DNA of 64,000 nucleotides. It comes from Schizochytrium sp. TIO01. Its lineage: Eukaryota; Protista; Bigyra: Labyrinthulomycetes. The DNA lies in contig SMSO01000031.1 of the NCBI GenBank assembly GCA_004764695.1, positions 4,316,436 through 4,380,435 of the forward strand. The letters are read 5' to 3'. Below the pieces are notes generated by a model, which made no database searches, was not told where the DNA came from, and saw only the letters and a program-made list of their open reading frames with translations. Both the position numbers and the translations under genes were made by a program. Shown here piece by piece: positions 49,296-62,635 of the stretch; the first letter of the stretch is position 1; each line of letters starts with the position of its first letter.

Positions 49296-52200
49296 ATGCT
49301 GCTGCTTTACCGAGCTCGCGAGGACGAGACGGCTTTGTCTTTCAAGGCCAAAGCCTACTGCTCCCTCACAACAATGTCTTTCACTCCCTCACTCAACCTC
49401 TCACTCCTCTCTCTCACTCAGTCGCTCCCTCACTCCCTCACAACCCTGTCTTGCAATTAGCACTGCTGCTCGCCTGTGCTCGACTCAATTCCAGTCTTGT
49501 CGCTCACCAACCGAGCACAGCGCCCCTGCGTCCCAATTCTTCGGCGCTTTTGTCACTACTAGCCCGTCGAATCAGAAACTAGCTGCTAATTTCCCTGATG
49601 AGTGATCAAGCAAGGCGAGAATAGTGAATGAATCACTCAATCCCATCTATTGCCGGCCTTGATTTTCGATCGAAGTCAACGATAACACGATAACAGAACT
49701 ATGTTTCTCTCGAACCTCTTACCGGATCCCTTAGGCCTCCCTAAGGCCATTTAGGACTCCACCTCACTTCTCGTGCCGCGCGGGGATAAGGCTCACCTAG
49801 CTGATTCCATAGCACCTGCGCTTTCTTACGAGATGCTGCGGCAGCCCACTCTTCCTCTGTCCCTCTCTGTCTTTGCCCCTCTCAGAGTGTCTTTCCTTGT
49901 TTTTATTTTAAGAATAAACTAAACTAAACTAAACAATAGCTTTAAAGGGAAAGATGAAGAAAACCTAGTTGGAAACACCTCCGATTCTTTTTGGGAGAAG
50001 AGCACCGCTAACAGGCTGATTGCTTCGAGTTGCTGCACAAGTTGCAAGATGGAGGTGAAGGAGCAGGCGGCAGCGAGCTTTACTCTGGAGTTTATTGAGC
50101 ACGCTGAGCTTGTTGGACTTGAAGTTTCCAATGGATTTGATGAATGAGGGCGGAGCTGATTGACGAAGACAGAGAATTTGAAGAATGTGCGACAGGAAGA
50201 AAGGCGCGAATCAACAAGCAATTCAACGCGCTGATAACTTGAGCTAACTAGATGGGAAGGTCCTTGAACACACATTTTCATGAACGAAACCTCGTCAGGC
50301 TTAGCTTCAATTTCGCTGACAGACCCAAGCTCAAGCTCGAGTTGGCTCGGCCTTTACCATGCGTAAGCTTAGAAGGCTTTTTCACTCTTGGTTTGGCGCC
50401 TCTTCAAGTTGTCTTTCTTGTGTTTGATCAGGTGAGTTCTCTTCTCCTTCTTCCTGCTCGTCTTGCCACAAACTTCCTTGCTTCCTTCTACCTCCTTCCT
50501 TCCTTCCGTCTCGACGCTCTGCAATGATGTCTTAATTCTCTTCTCCAAGCAAGGCGAGCTTAGTAAGCAGTTCCCTGAGAGCAGAGTTTCTCGAGCTAGG
50601 TAGGTACATACATACATACGTACATTTATACATACACTCATACATACTTAGGTACCTACCCACTCACTCGAATGGGTTTACATGTAAATTGATTCTAAAT
50701 AGTTCTTCTGGGTAGCAAGTCGAAGATGTTTCTTCAACACCATCGCTCTTTTCCAGCACAACTCAAAAGCTTAGGAGCCTTCGACAGGCGACCTCTAACA
50801 GTCGAAGTATATGGAAATTCCGCGAGCTGGTCAGGATAAGATCGGGTCCCTTGTTCAATAACATTATAGAGTCCTTTGTTTAATTTGGCGCCGATTTCGC
50901 TCAATCAATTTACACCGATTCTGCATTACTATTTGTTTTTACAATCATGTTATTCGATCTCGGTTCGCGTTATCGAGGGCCAAATGACGAGCATGCCGAT
51001 ACGCGGATGCTGTGCAGCCGACTTTTTGGGGCAAATGGCACAGGCTGCTGCTTCATTTGGAGTGACTCAATTCGCTTGAGAGAAGAAGCTGCGGAGATCG
51101 ATTGGGTAATGTGGCGGCTGGGCTCACCAGGCCGCGGCTGGAGACGTAGGTTAGCGCCTCTGTGCACCAAGTTTGACAAAGAAGGTAGTTTTTGCTTCAT
51201 TTTTCTTTTTCTTCGCTTATAAAAGTACCTAGGTATGTACAAACATATAGGTACTCCAATATTTTATTTTATTTAAAGTTAAAAATCAACTTCATTTTTA
51301 TTTCTTCTTATTAATTTTTTTAATATAAAGTTTACACTCTGTCACAGTCGGAGCGGGACCTTGCCATTTTGATAATTTACACGGTTTCTGATTTTGCATG
51401 TAGCTCAGGCGATATACATTAGCTTGCCATCAGGTCGAAGGACAAGAGCATGGATTAAGTCGATTGTCTGGTTTCATGGAGCGGCTTCAAAGCTATGGTT
51501 TAAATTGTATACTGGCATCGTCGAGCACGGGAACAAGAGGACTTAAGACTGACCCTCCCACGTGCTCTTGCGCTGACCCTTCCAATATAGGGCAAGGAAA
51601 TTTCAATATCAACAATGAGATCTTGTATACGGATAAGGCAGACGCTGGGCATTACTATTATTTTAGACCTAACTTTAGACTAAGCCTGCAAGTTGAAATG
51701 TAGCTCAATGAGACATGCCACAAAGTAGCAGCACCAAAGTTCGCAAGAAAAAAAAAAAAGAAAAAAAAAAAGAGGCATCACTCAGACTTGGATTTAATAT
51801 TATTCAATTTCGAAACTCCATGGTTATACAGAGGCACCTTGCACTTAGCGAGAAGAAGCTTCTTTTACGAAGAAGAATTTGTGCGTCCATCTTCCTTCTT
51901 AATTTTTTTAGGGGGACCTTGCAACAGAAGCTGAGTCCACTAACTTCACGCTAAACTATTTGCTAAAAGCTTGGCAGTATTTTTCAGTCTTTGATATCTT
52001 CTGCAAAATTATTCAGCTCAAGAAAGCACAGGAGTATGCCTTCTGTCATGAGCAATCGAAATCAAGCCTTAAATTATATTACATTGATACATTCATGCAT
52101 TCTCATCAAGTTTTATATACATTGATAGAGTTTTGAAGCACGAGGGCCTCGTACTTTAAAATCTTTGTCTCGTGTTGCTGTGCTGCTCTGGGTGCTGCCC

Positions 52201-55200
52201 TTAGTTATTCGGAGTGGCAATTGGAATATATTGTGTGTAGTCTTCGCCAAAAGGACCATTAGAACTTGTAAAAGCTTGCAGGAACAAGTTGGCAAGACTA
52301 CAGGCCCTGCAAGTTGCATATGTTGCAACAACGAGAAGGAATTAATGATTTATTGAGTAAGGAGGCGAGAAAGATCAGTAAAGAGAGACACACAGAGAGA
52401 AGGAGAGTCAAACTCAGCGCTTGCGTTTGAGAGTGCTAATATTTCTCTATGAAGTAGCTATTGTTCTTTATGCGTGCAGCTAATGGAGGACCTATGCTAG
52501 CTGTGTAGAATTGTCCATTTTCTTTAATTTTGGCTTGAGTCAAAGAACTCCGTCAGAATGACCTACCCTATCTCTGAGTCCAGATAGCTAGAAATAAATA
52601 GTGTCACTTCTTGTTTTTGTCAGGACTCTTCTCATTACTTGAGCTACTGTAGCAGTCTTGCACTACTGCATCATGTGGCTAGGTCATCGTGCAAAGTTCT
52701 GTGTTGCATTGGATGCCTTTTCCTGTGGTCGATCTTGATGCGGTGTTTCTTTGGTCTTTCACTTCTAAGTTCTTTTCGGTTGTTTCTCGTCAAGTTTCGC
52801 AGAATTCACCTGCCAACTTTCTTTTTCGCAAGCTGAAGGAATAAGAAGCCCAAATTGAGGCATACAGGACCTCAAATTAGCGGCGGTCTTTGCGGCGCGG
52901 AGTGGCACCCTCCAGCGTATGAGCGGGTTGTCTGGCAGACATACGCGCACACACTTCTGAAACGGTCACCAGCTAAAAAGTTTTCTCACAACCTACGTAC
53001 TTACATTCCTCATGCTCCTTTCAAGGTCATCGACATTTGCTAGGAGTAATTATTACCTACTAAAGAAAAAAAGTAGAACCTCTCGTTTCAAGTTGGTAAG
53101 ACAAGGGCTCTTTATTCTTAATTTTTTTCCTTTTTAAAAGTATTATCTACAGTGATGGAATGTCATTTCGAGCTGGAAAAGTTTGATATACCAGGTATGG
53201 TACACACTAGCTAAAGTATGAATAGAACGCGCTGCTCTGGGGGTTCCCTGGGCTTCTTATAAGCACTCGCGTGAGTACAGTTGGATATCACTGGCAGCTA
53301 CCACCGATTTGTTTGCAATTTATCTAATCTGTTTTATTTTGTTTTGTTTTATAATTGTTGTAACAAGGTGCCAATAGAAGTCTCACGACTCAGAAGAGAA
53401 CAGTCAGTAAAAGGAACGAGCGCATTGATGAAAGTTTTGTTTGTTTACAAACGCGTCTCTGGAGAAAAATGGGGTATTACTGTATTTTATTTATTGAATT
53501 TCAAGTCGAGAATACGAATCGATTCACGTAACAGCTTGAAACCCTACTGATGAACCTTGATGGTTTTATTTTAACTTTCATTCATTGTGGATTTTCTTCC
53601 CTCAGAGGTTGTCAGTGCGTCAGTACCTGCGAGCCCTTCAGTCTACGTACGTGACTCTACAGATAAAGAGGTAAAGTGGAGGTCCATAGATGCTCCTGAT
53701 CACTCAGCCCTTTATAATAATCAAAGAAAAACTTATATACTAGTATGCACCTTTTCAATGGCCAAGATGGAGAAGATAATATTGTCTGCTAGCAGAGCCA
53801 AAAAAATGCCCTTGATTTGTTTTTCGAATTGAAAGAAGAACTGTTCAGTAGATATGGCAGGAGTTTTGAAAAAAATATGTTCCAGATACTTCGCCAAACC
53901 TCTCTAAATGACTTAGGAAGCTCCAGCTATCGTCTCTGACTTAAGTTTCGTCATTTCCACTGCTGGACTGGAAACCTTAACGAGTTCCGATATAAACCTT
54001 CAATTTTCTTCCCACACGATAGAAAGTCTCGCGAGTCTTTCGGGTCTTTCTTTTCTTCTTTTTATTCATACTAAATAGTAGAAGTAAATCTTTGGGTTAA
54101 TTTTTTATTTTTTTTTAATTTAAATAACTTAAACATGTTTTCGTGTCTGTTCGCGAGGTTGAAGAGGCGGCGCGACTTATAGGCTAGCGAAGAAGTAAAA
54201 AGTGGGCGCGAATGTGCGTGTGAAAGATATTATGATCACGTTCTGCGATACTACGATACATACTATTATGATGCAAGGAGGAAAAAGGAGTCTTCAAATT
54301 ATTATCTGCTCTCTGCTCGGAAAAGTGGAAGAAATGTGCCGATCGTAGCGAGTACCAATAAAGATCTTAAAGTATTTTTATGGTTGTGGAAGATAAGCCC
54401 ATGAGAGAATACAACAAACTATATTTCTTTGGATTCTCTTATCTGACTACATGTGATAAAGCATCTTAAGATTGCAGGCAGCTATCCTCCGAACACATGA
54501 TAAAACTGTAAGCATTATGCGGATCAGCATAGATTTATATGTCGATCAAAACAAAGCTGGAGTCGTAACTTCCGAGCACAGCAAAAGCAGCATCGTGAAT
54601 CACGAATTATACAGCGTCAATGACTTTCATTCTTAGTTGGAACTATAAAATGGCGCGTAACTGTAAATCAAACTGCCTCGCGCATACCACCAGTGCACAG
54701 GTGCTTTGTTGTGCCTCTTTTTTCTCTTTTTAACTTTTTGAAGGCGTTTCCGAATACGTAAACTTAGGTGAGATAGTACATTGTAGGATGAATCTAGATA
54801 TTCAATTCTTTAAATTTACTCATAAACTCCAATCCAGTAATATGATAAGGGAAATTGTCTTTAAGATGTTCCGGACGTAAATTGTATGTACAGAAATAAT
54901 TCTAATGGTCATGAGATACTGCTATCAATCCTTTGTCCCGAAACAAAGCAAATAACTCGCGGCAAACCATTATGTATATGTATATATGTGAACCTGTACA
55001 TTGCAAGTGGTCATAAAGAAATTGCAGTTGTTTTCATTACAAGGACCAAAATCCAAAGATTCAAAGCTGTGAGCTTCGCCAAGGACTTCCTAATATATGT
55101 CAATACAATTTTTGGGGGACAAGCAATCGCAATGATTTCTGCTTTTGAAAAATACAACAGCGGATAATAATAAGAGCCGTTCGATCAGGATATTCTAACT

Positions 55201-56594
55201 TTAGCTTCGGTTGGACTAGGTTTGTGCAGAGCTCTCACAACGATTAAATCTGTCAGATTCAGGCTCTGTCTCCGAGCATACGAATTCCACTCTCAAAATT
55301 TAAAGGCACACTTCATCTCAATGTTGCACTCAAAACGCGCGGTGAAAATGCGATATCGTTGCTCCCCAATGGTTGTTTTCATTGTGTAATACATGAAAAA
55401 GATAATGTTTAGGTTGTGCTTGCGGTAAAGTAAGGATGGTTTACCTCCTTTCATCACACTTTGGTATTTCTAGGTTTTTGTCGGCACATATGCGTACCTC
55501 ACTTCAGTGGGGGCAAATACTTTACCAGAGCAGTAAGAATATTGAAGAATCTCTTATCCAAGGCTTCTCTCAAAGACTCACTGTTTGGCGTATAATTTAC
55601 CTTCCAGCTGGCCTTTTATGCAAGTGACAAGACCGTTAGCTCTCTTAATTTCTAGCTGAGGAAGACTACTTCCCGCTGAGTAAAAGCAAAGGACTTTGAT
55701 AGATAGATATCAACAATGTCCCAAAAGCTGTGAACAGCCACATCAGAGGCCCTTCTCCTTTACAATATGTTATTTAACAGTAAAGTATTCCTTTGCCCCG
55801 GGACCACTATGAGCTAGCTTCTATTTGCATCAAAGAAAAAGAAGAAAGAGTGTCAGTCCTGGAGGTGGTTGCTGGTGAATAACTGCCCCACGGGGCTCAA
55901 AGAGGTCTGATATTTTCTTCCAGCCGAGATTGCTTGTTTTGCTAGGGCTACCATGAATGTCTATCAGTTAACATTCTTTCTGAAATCACCCACACCCTGT
56001 ACTAATAGTACGTCATTTCCCTTCAGAATCGTTAACCCCCCACGCCCACCTTCTTAACATTATAGAACGGGTAAAAAGCCCGGATGCAATGCTGCTAGCC
56101 CATGAATTACAACAAATTTCAAGCAGCCCAAAATGTCTTTCACACTAGCTTTATCAAACTGGCTACGGCTGCGGAAAGCTCCCTGTAGCAATTTCGATGT
56201 TACCTATGGAAACCCATGTCCTTTGCCTGCTTGCGAATCTATGCCAACCTCTCTTAAAGCGTCAATGGTACATTCTTCGCAACCGAAATTTTAACGTCAA
56301 CTCTCGCTAACGTATATTTTATAAAAGTGACGTAAGTAAGAACGCTAATAAGGTGTGTACTTATGTTCTGAGGACCTTTCGGCGGGGATACCTAAGTTTT
56401 TTGGCGCGGAGCTGGTTCTCAAATCTTTCCAAAGGTGCCCTTTGTTGATGTTTCCAAACGAGCCAGCATTGCTGAGCAATAGTTATTAGACGACGGTTTC
56501 CAATTCTGGCTTCGTGTCAAACCCTCCATGCTGTCAGAATTCCTTTAGTTGAAAAGTATTCTTAGCACCAGGCACGAAGATCGGTGTTTTCGCA

Positions 56595-59500
56595 ATGGCA
56601 GGCCTGCCTCCTGTTCTTGGTGCTCTAGCATCAGCAAGGTACGTACAGCATGCGATAGAGTGCTACGCTCTGTGAAGAGGAAACCTGAGAGTCCATGCAA
56701 TGTTTCTGGGCTCCACTAAGGGCACTTTACGGTATCAAGACTGACAGTATGCTTGGTTGCACTCCTGCTCTTCATCATGGACAAATTTTCAAAACAAACT
56801 TCGTACTAAAACTTAGTGAGCAGAATAGCTTATTTACAGCTAGATATCCTCGCGCGAAACAAGCTGATTCAAAGACAAATTCTGCAAGAGACAGCAACTC
56901 CAAAGAGAAAGAACATTTTAGGCAAGCGAATCGACAGCTGCAAACGGAGAATAATAACTGTCAACATCCCTCACAATATGAAACCCATACCGAGACATTT
57001 TTGGAAGATGCTTTTGCAGATTTATTGCTCTCGCGTGATCCCAAGTCATTAACTAAACCTCAACTAGCAATTCTGGAACAGGTCCATGCACGGCGGCAAG
57101 CTGAGCAGGACGCCAAGGAAAAATTACTTCAGTTCCAGCTAGAGGTTACACAGCATTTATCGCCTAAAAAAGAAGCCAAAAGTCAGCGCATTCATCCTTC
57201 CTCACTTGAGATTAACACAAAACCTGAAAGCTTTTTAGAACAGCCTGCTAAAAGGAGACTCTCTGGAAGTCCCTCCAGATATGAAATTGACAGAAGGGGG
57301 TCCACAGATGCAAGAACTCTTCGATCCCCATCAGCCCAGTACTTTGAAGAAGTTGAGCGTGATGTTCAGTCATGGCTGGATGGCGAGCGTTGTAGTAACG
57401 ACGCACTTGGACCAACTCCAGCAGAGCAGAAACAAAGTGACTTTCTAGTTGATGAACCTCGAATTGGCGGCTCCAATGGATCAAAGAGCAGATCTAGCTC
57501 TATATTTGTACCCAAAGCTCCATCAAATGAGGAACGACCTCCATCAACAACACAAGGGAAAATATCTCCTCGCAAGTCGGTTTTTAAACCCTCTCAGAAA
57601 GATCTAACGCGGGCCACATCTTCTAGGATAAGTGATGGAATTCCAAGCGCGGCATCAGAAAAAAGCTCCAGGCACATACTACAGGGTCAAGTACAAGCTG
57701 AAGCGCAACTTTTGGAGAGCAAAGTTGAGCTACTCAAAACTGCCGTTCCAAATAAACGTGTTTTTTTTGAAATTATGCAGTGCCAACACCTTGAGTTTTT
57801 GTCTGACCAAACAAACGCACACGTTGCTTCACAAATTGCAATGATTAAAAATGCAGAGCAAGCAGGGTTTTACCCGGAGCCACTTGCTGTACTTAAAGAT
57901 GAAAAACAACGAGATAGGGAAACGATTCTGGACCTATCTTATCGTGGACTTGGCGATGATAAACTTATAGCTGTTACATCACTAGCACTGGGAGATCTCC
58001 AACTCGAAAGTCTTGATCTATCAAGTAATAGACTCTCTGATAAAGGCGGAGCTGCAATTTTTCAAGATCTTGCTTCCGAGCAAATCATACTAACCAAAAA
58101 TATTCGTCTTATCTTAGCCCGGAATTCTTTAGCCTTGAGTTCATGTGAGGTATTATCAAAAGCGATCAAGGTGCAGAACACAGGTTTTATTTGTGAACTT
58201 GACCTCTCACGGAATCGACTAGACTCTACCTGCACACGAGTACTTGCTGAATCACTTCGTTGCGAGACAGCTCTCAAAATGCTCAATATTTCATATAATC
58301 CAATCGGAGTAGCTGGGGCTTTACATATTGCTGATGGACTACGCGATAACTCGAGTTTGCAGATACTCTCTTTAGCATGGACTCAAATTACAGGCAAGGG
58401 AGCGCTTGCTATAATTCGGGCGATCATTCGGACCGAGTGTCTTGAGTTAAAATCTTTGGACTTAAGTCGGAATGCAATTGGTCGAGCCATCGTAGGCGAC
58501 CAGAGTTCATTGCCACCTGCAGTAAATGGCAGTATCCTTGGTACACTCATGAAGCTCTTAGAAAACAACTCTTCAGTGCACCTAAATGCAAAAGGCCAAC
58601 ATACCACATCTGGGAGTGGTGGAATTGAACACAGTGCTTCATCTTCCCGTCTACCCAAAAAGAAAAAATACGAGCCATACCTTGGACGAAGTACATCTCG
58701 ACAAGAGTTACGTAAGTCTTCCCTAATTCACATCAATCTGAGCTGTAATTTGTTCTCTGAAGGAGTCTGTCATCGATTTGCAGACGCCCTACAAAATGAT
58801 CGAACCACTGTGGGTGTTCACCTTGATGGTAACGCAGCCTTTCTTGATCCTCTAGGTAATGTAATAGTGCGACCTCCTAGTACAGAGATGCAAGATGGAC
58901 AAACAACTACTGATTTGGATGCTAGCGAAACCTTGCAAGAGTTTATCCGGCAAACTGAAATCCTACCTTTTGACGTACGTTTTGATATGATTGCATCTGC
59001 TTTTCACCCCCGTGCTACTTGCTGGCTTTGCGCAGGGTTTCTGCCAAAGCGTTTCAACATTTGTGCTGCAAAGCAGAATGTTGTGTGCCTTCATACAAGC
59101 TTTGACGTGCCACCTTGGTCTGGTTGCCCGATGGTAGAATGTAAATTCGCAGAGGCTAGATCCATCGATACAATAGAACCTTCGAGCACGAAGCTGTCTA
59201 GTAAAATAGAGCGAATTGCAACCACTGCTATGCGACTCGGTGAAGAACTTTTTGATATGGCCGAATATGCTGTTAACCGAATTTGTCCTCCGGGAGAGGT
59301 AGCATTTTTCTTTACTGTCAACGGTATTCCTGTCATTAGTGATTTAGAACAGCAGGTACAATGGAAGTCCACGCATGCTCACGATCGAGTGCTACCTCCC
59401 CCAGCTCAAGATCCTGACAACTTCTATGTTAATATTGTATCGATTGAGCCACGCCAATCGCTGTCCCGCAAAGCACTGGGCCATGACACAAAGCTGGGAT

Positions 59501-60981
59501 ATTCCGACGCAAGTTTCAGGCTTGCACACTCTCCATCAACGTGGGCGTTGAGACAAGAAACAGACGGCATGCTCTCCGGCTCTGATCTATCAGCTAAAGT
59601 CTCGGAAAGCATCGCACAATCAAGAAAGAAGCAATATGACCCAATGTGTTTATACATCCCAGGTGCTTTGAAGGAATTTTGGTATCGTTGTCCACCGAGG
59701 AGTTTAGAATTGAAACCCGGCCCAAACATCATTGAACAAAATGTAGATACAATTAAATCTACATCGTGGGTCAACCACCGCCTGAAGGCTCATTTTCGTG
59801 CTCAATTCGGACGTGATGCTCGTGTACAACTTTTTGAGGCAGACTGGGTTGCGAGCGAGATTAGTAGTGTCATTTCGTCTCGAGTTGAACAGGAACGTAC
59901 AAGAAGCCTCCTCGACGAAAGATATGATATTCTCTCAGACACATTTCTATACTACACGTCTAGCGATTTGGCGAATGATGAGCCAAGATCGGGTATGCTG
60001 ATAAGCCAAGAAGGGTTCATTCAGTTTTTTGAACACATCTCTGAGGAGTCATCATCTGTATTAAGCCTTTGTAAGGAAGAGCAAGCACTCGAACTATTTA
60101 ACCTTGCAGTGAGTGAGCAGCAAGATAGATATATAAAGGAATTTAGAGCACGAAAGCTCACTATGACCCGACAAGCAACAGGAGATCTAGTATCCTCTGG
60201 TGCAATGGAAGGATCCCACCTTGCATGGGGTATTACACGTCCTCGCTTCATGAATCTTCTCCTTAAGATAGCTTTAGCGAGCTTTGAAAAAGAAGAGCCA
60301 CGTGAAAGCGCAGCTCTATCGAAACTGATGACCTCTTTTGTGCTTGTGAGAGCACAGCGTTTTGATCGTCGAGGTTACATTCAAACTCGCTTACATGATA
60401 CAAGTGTACATGAAATCCTACGTCGCAACATCCCCACGATGTTACGTTTATATGCGAACAATACTGGTAGATATCAGGGTGGATTTGAGGCTGCTTGGAT
60501 GTCTGTTGGAGAATGGATACGTGGTTTGAAGCAAGCAGGGTTCCTGGCAACATCCAATAATCCAGCTCTCGGTTTTAATATACGGGGAAGCCAATCAGGA
60601 ACATCAAGCAGCATACCCATCCAGCGTCGATCAAGTGCATCAAACCCTGCGAGTGATTTTAGTTCATATGGCGATCTTCATCAACGAGCAGCTACACTCG
60701 TTTTTGCTGCTTGCATCCCACAAACCCCTCATGACGAGCCAACACATGATCGATACTTCAAAATGGATTTCATTTCCTACCTGCTGGCAATGAGCTGTGT
60801 AGTGGCATATTCGGTGTCGCAGGACTCCGTGCAAGATTTTGTTGTAACTGGTGTACCTGTAGACTATGAGGAGTTTGTTCGTCGGAGTACAATTCGTCAC
60901 ACAGCACCAAGCCAAGAATATGACCGATCCAAACGAAATTCGACCAAGGAAATGCTACGTCGCATGAGCAAAGTATTGTAA
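56595..60981 (+). CDS. Large leucine-rich-repeat (RI-like) protein; probable exons 56595-56638 and 56844-60981
   Basis: LRRs LDLSYRGLGD, LDLSSNRLSD, LDLSRNRLD, LNISYNPIG and LDLSRNAIG, then a CWLC motif and a helical C-terminus. The 5' exon is inferred from splice signals. Confidence 0.85.
56639..56843 (+). other. Probable GT-AG intron (205 nt, phase 2)
   Basis: AG|GTACGT donor, TACTAA branch-like motif near 56804 and CTAG|A acceptor; it joins MAGLPPVLGALASAR to YPRAK in frame. Confidence 0.55.
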
Positions 60982-62635
60982 GGCTAGGTCATACTTTTTG
61001 TTTTCTGCGTTTTAAAATCTCATTGCTGATATGAATTTCTGAAGTATATATCTCAATCCTGTAGCAGTTATAGAATTCTTCAGTTTTCTAATGTAAAGAA
61101 CTAATGCGTAGTTCCTATAAAGTGAATCATAACCCCGAGTTTCCTCCATTCGTTCAGGTTTCATGGTTTTAAAAAATAGTATATATATCATCCTTCTACC
61201 TTCTACGAAGTGTAAAGAGGGAAAATCAGCTAACCCTATCCTTGCTTCTTGCAAGACTGAACCGCTTCAATGGCACGATATCCTTGGTCGATATAAAATA
61301 TGCACGATAACCCCAAGTATGTCCTTAGAGTCATATTATTAAAAGACAAGGACACCTATCCTAGCAACAGTGTTCTAATCCATTTTCCTGCCAAAAAAGC
61401 AAGATATTGAGCCGAGGAGATGTGGTTTAAAAGTAATAAAATGAGTCAAAGGGTGGCGGGTGACGAAAATGAAACATTTTCACGGTTTAGAGTGAGTTTT
61501 AAAGGAAAAGAGGAACAACATGTTATATGTATATCTTTCTATAGAAAGAGAGGCAGTTGAGGATCGCGAAACTTGGAGGAGACACGATTTAATAGTCCAT
61601 AGCTGTTTATGCTGTCATTGCCGCACGTGTTTGCCTTCAGATAAGATTGCCAGCATCTGCAGTCAGCCCTGCGCGTAGTTTGTTGCTACATCGTGTCTGT
61701 CGCTAGTTGTCAAGCTCTACATGGGGCATGACTTCTGACAGAGCAGGAGAAAGAGACATCAGTATTACTTTTATTGCAAACAGGGACTTGCTGGCACTGT
61801 TACCATCACTACGAGTTTTGTCTGTTTGCTTCTTTTACTTATTTTCCTTTGTAACAACTGTTGCGGCTGCTATTTCTGTTGATAGAAGCAACTTAGTAGT
61901 AATAATGTAATGTAGCTAGGGTATGGGTGAAGAAGTAGAATAAAAAGGGAAAAGAAGGTTGCTCGACAATTCAGTTGCCAACGGGGCGGGGTCTTGCCGC
62001 CGTGTTGTTGCTTTGGTTGCTGATCAAGGGGGCGGCAGGTCTGTAATACAAGCTTTGTTTTACTTCGCGCCAGTCGCGAGCTCGAGCGCTTGTTTCAGAC
62101 GCGGCCAAGGCTACTCTACAACACAAAGCGTTGGGCTAACTAATTGGTTTTAACCCGCTTACCGTGTGAGCTTGTTCGCAGTGCTCGTGGGCGACGCGCT
62201 GGTTCAATAGAAACCCTCTCTGAAGCTTGTAAGGAAATCATTCACAGAGAGTAGGTACGCACTATCTATCTGGGAAACCCGTACGCTAAGTATCCTTTCA
62301 CCATTTTCTCTTCATCAAATACCCCGAGGCTAGCCGTGGACTCACGGGCGGCTACCACAGAGACCAAGGTTGGAGATTCCCGGAGCATCAACCACTGTCT
62401 CTCAGATCAATCCAATTGGCACTCAGAAAAGAAAAAGAAAGGTCATCTGATAGATCCTGAAGCCTGCGGTGAGCCATTCCCCCTTGCTGTCCCAATCAAA
62501 GCTCATCACAAGTCGCCTCACCTTGATCAAAATCTGCTAGAGTTTTCAAGTGAGATTAATCTGAAACAAGAAGGCAAACTGATTCAACACGAGAATTTTC
62601 AGCATCCTCAGCTGAGCCAGTATTGGTCGGAGAGA

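Noticed and set aside
55450-56200. Apparent decayed minus-strand ORF
   Set aside because: Roughly ten stops in about 250 codons, close to random expectation.
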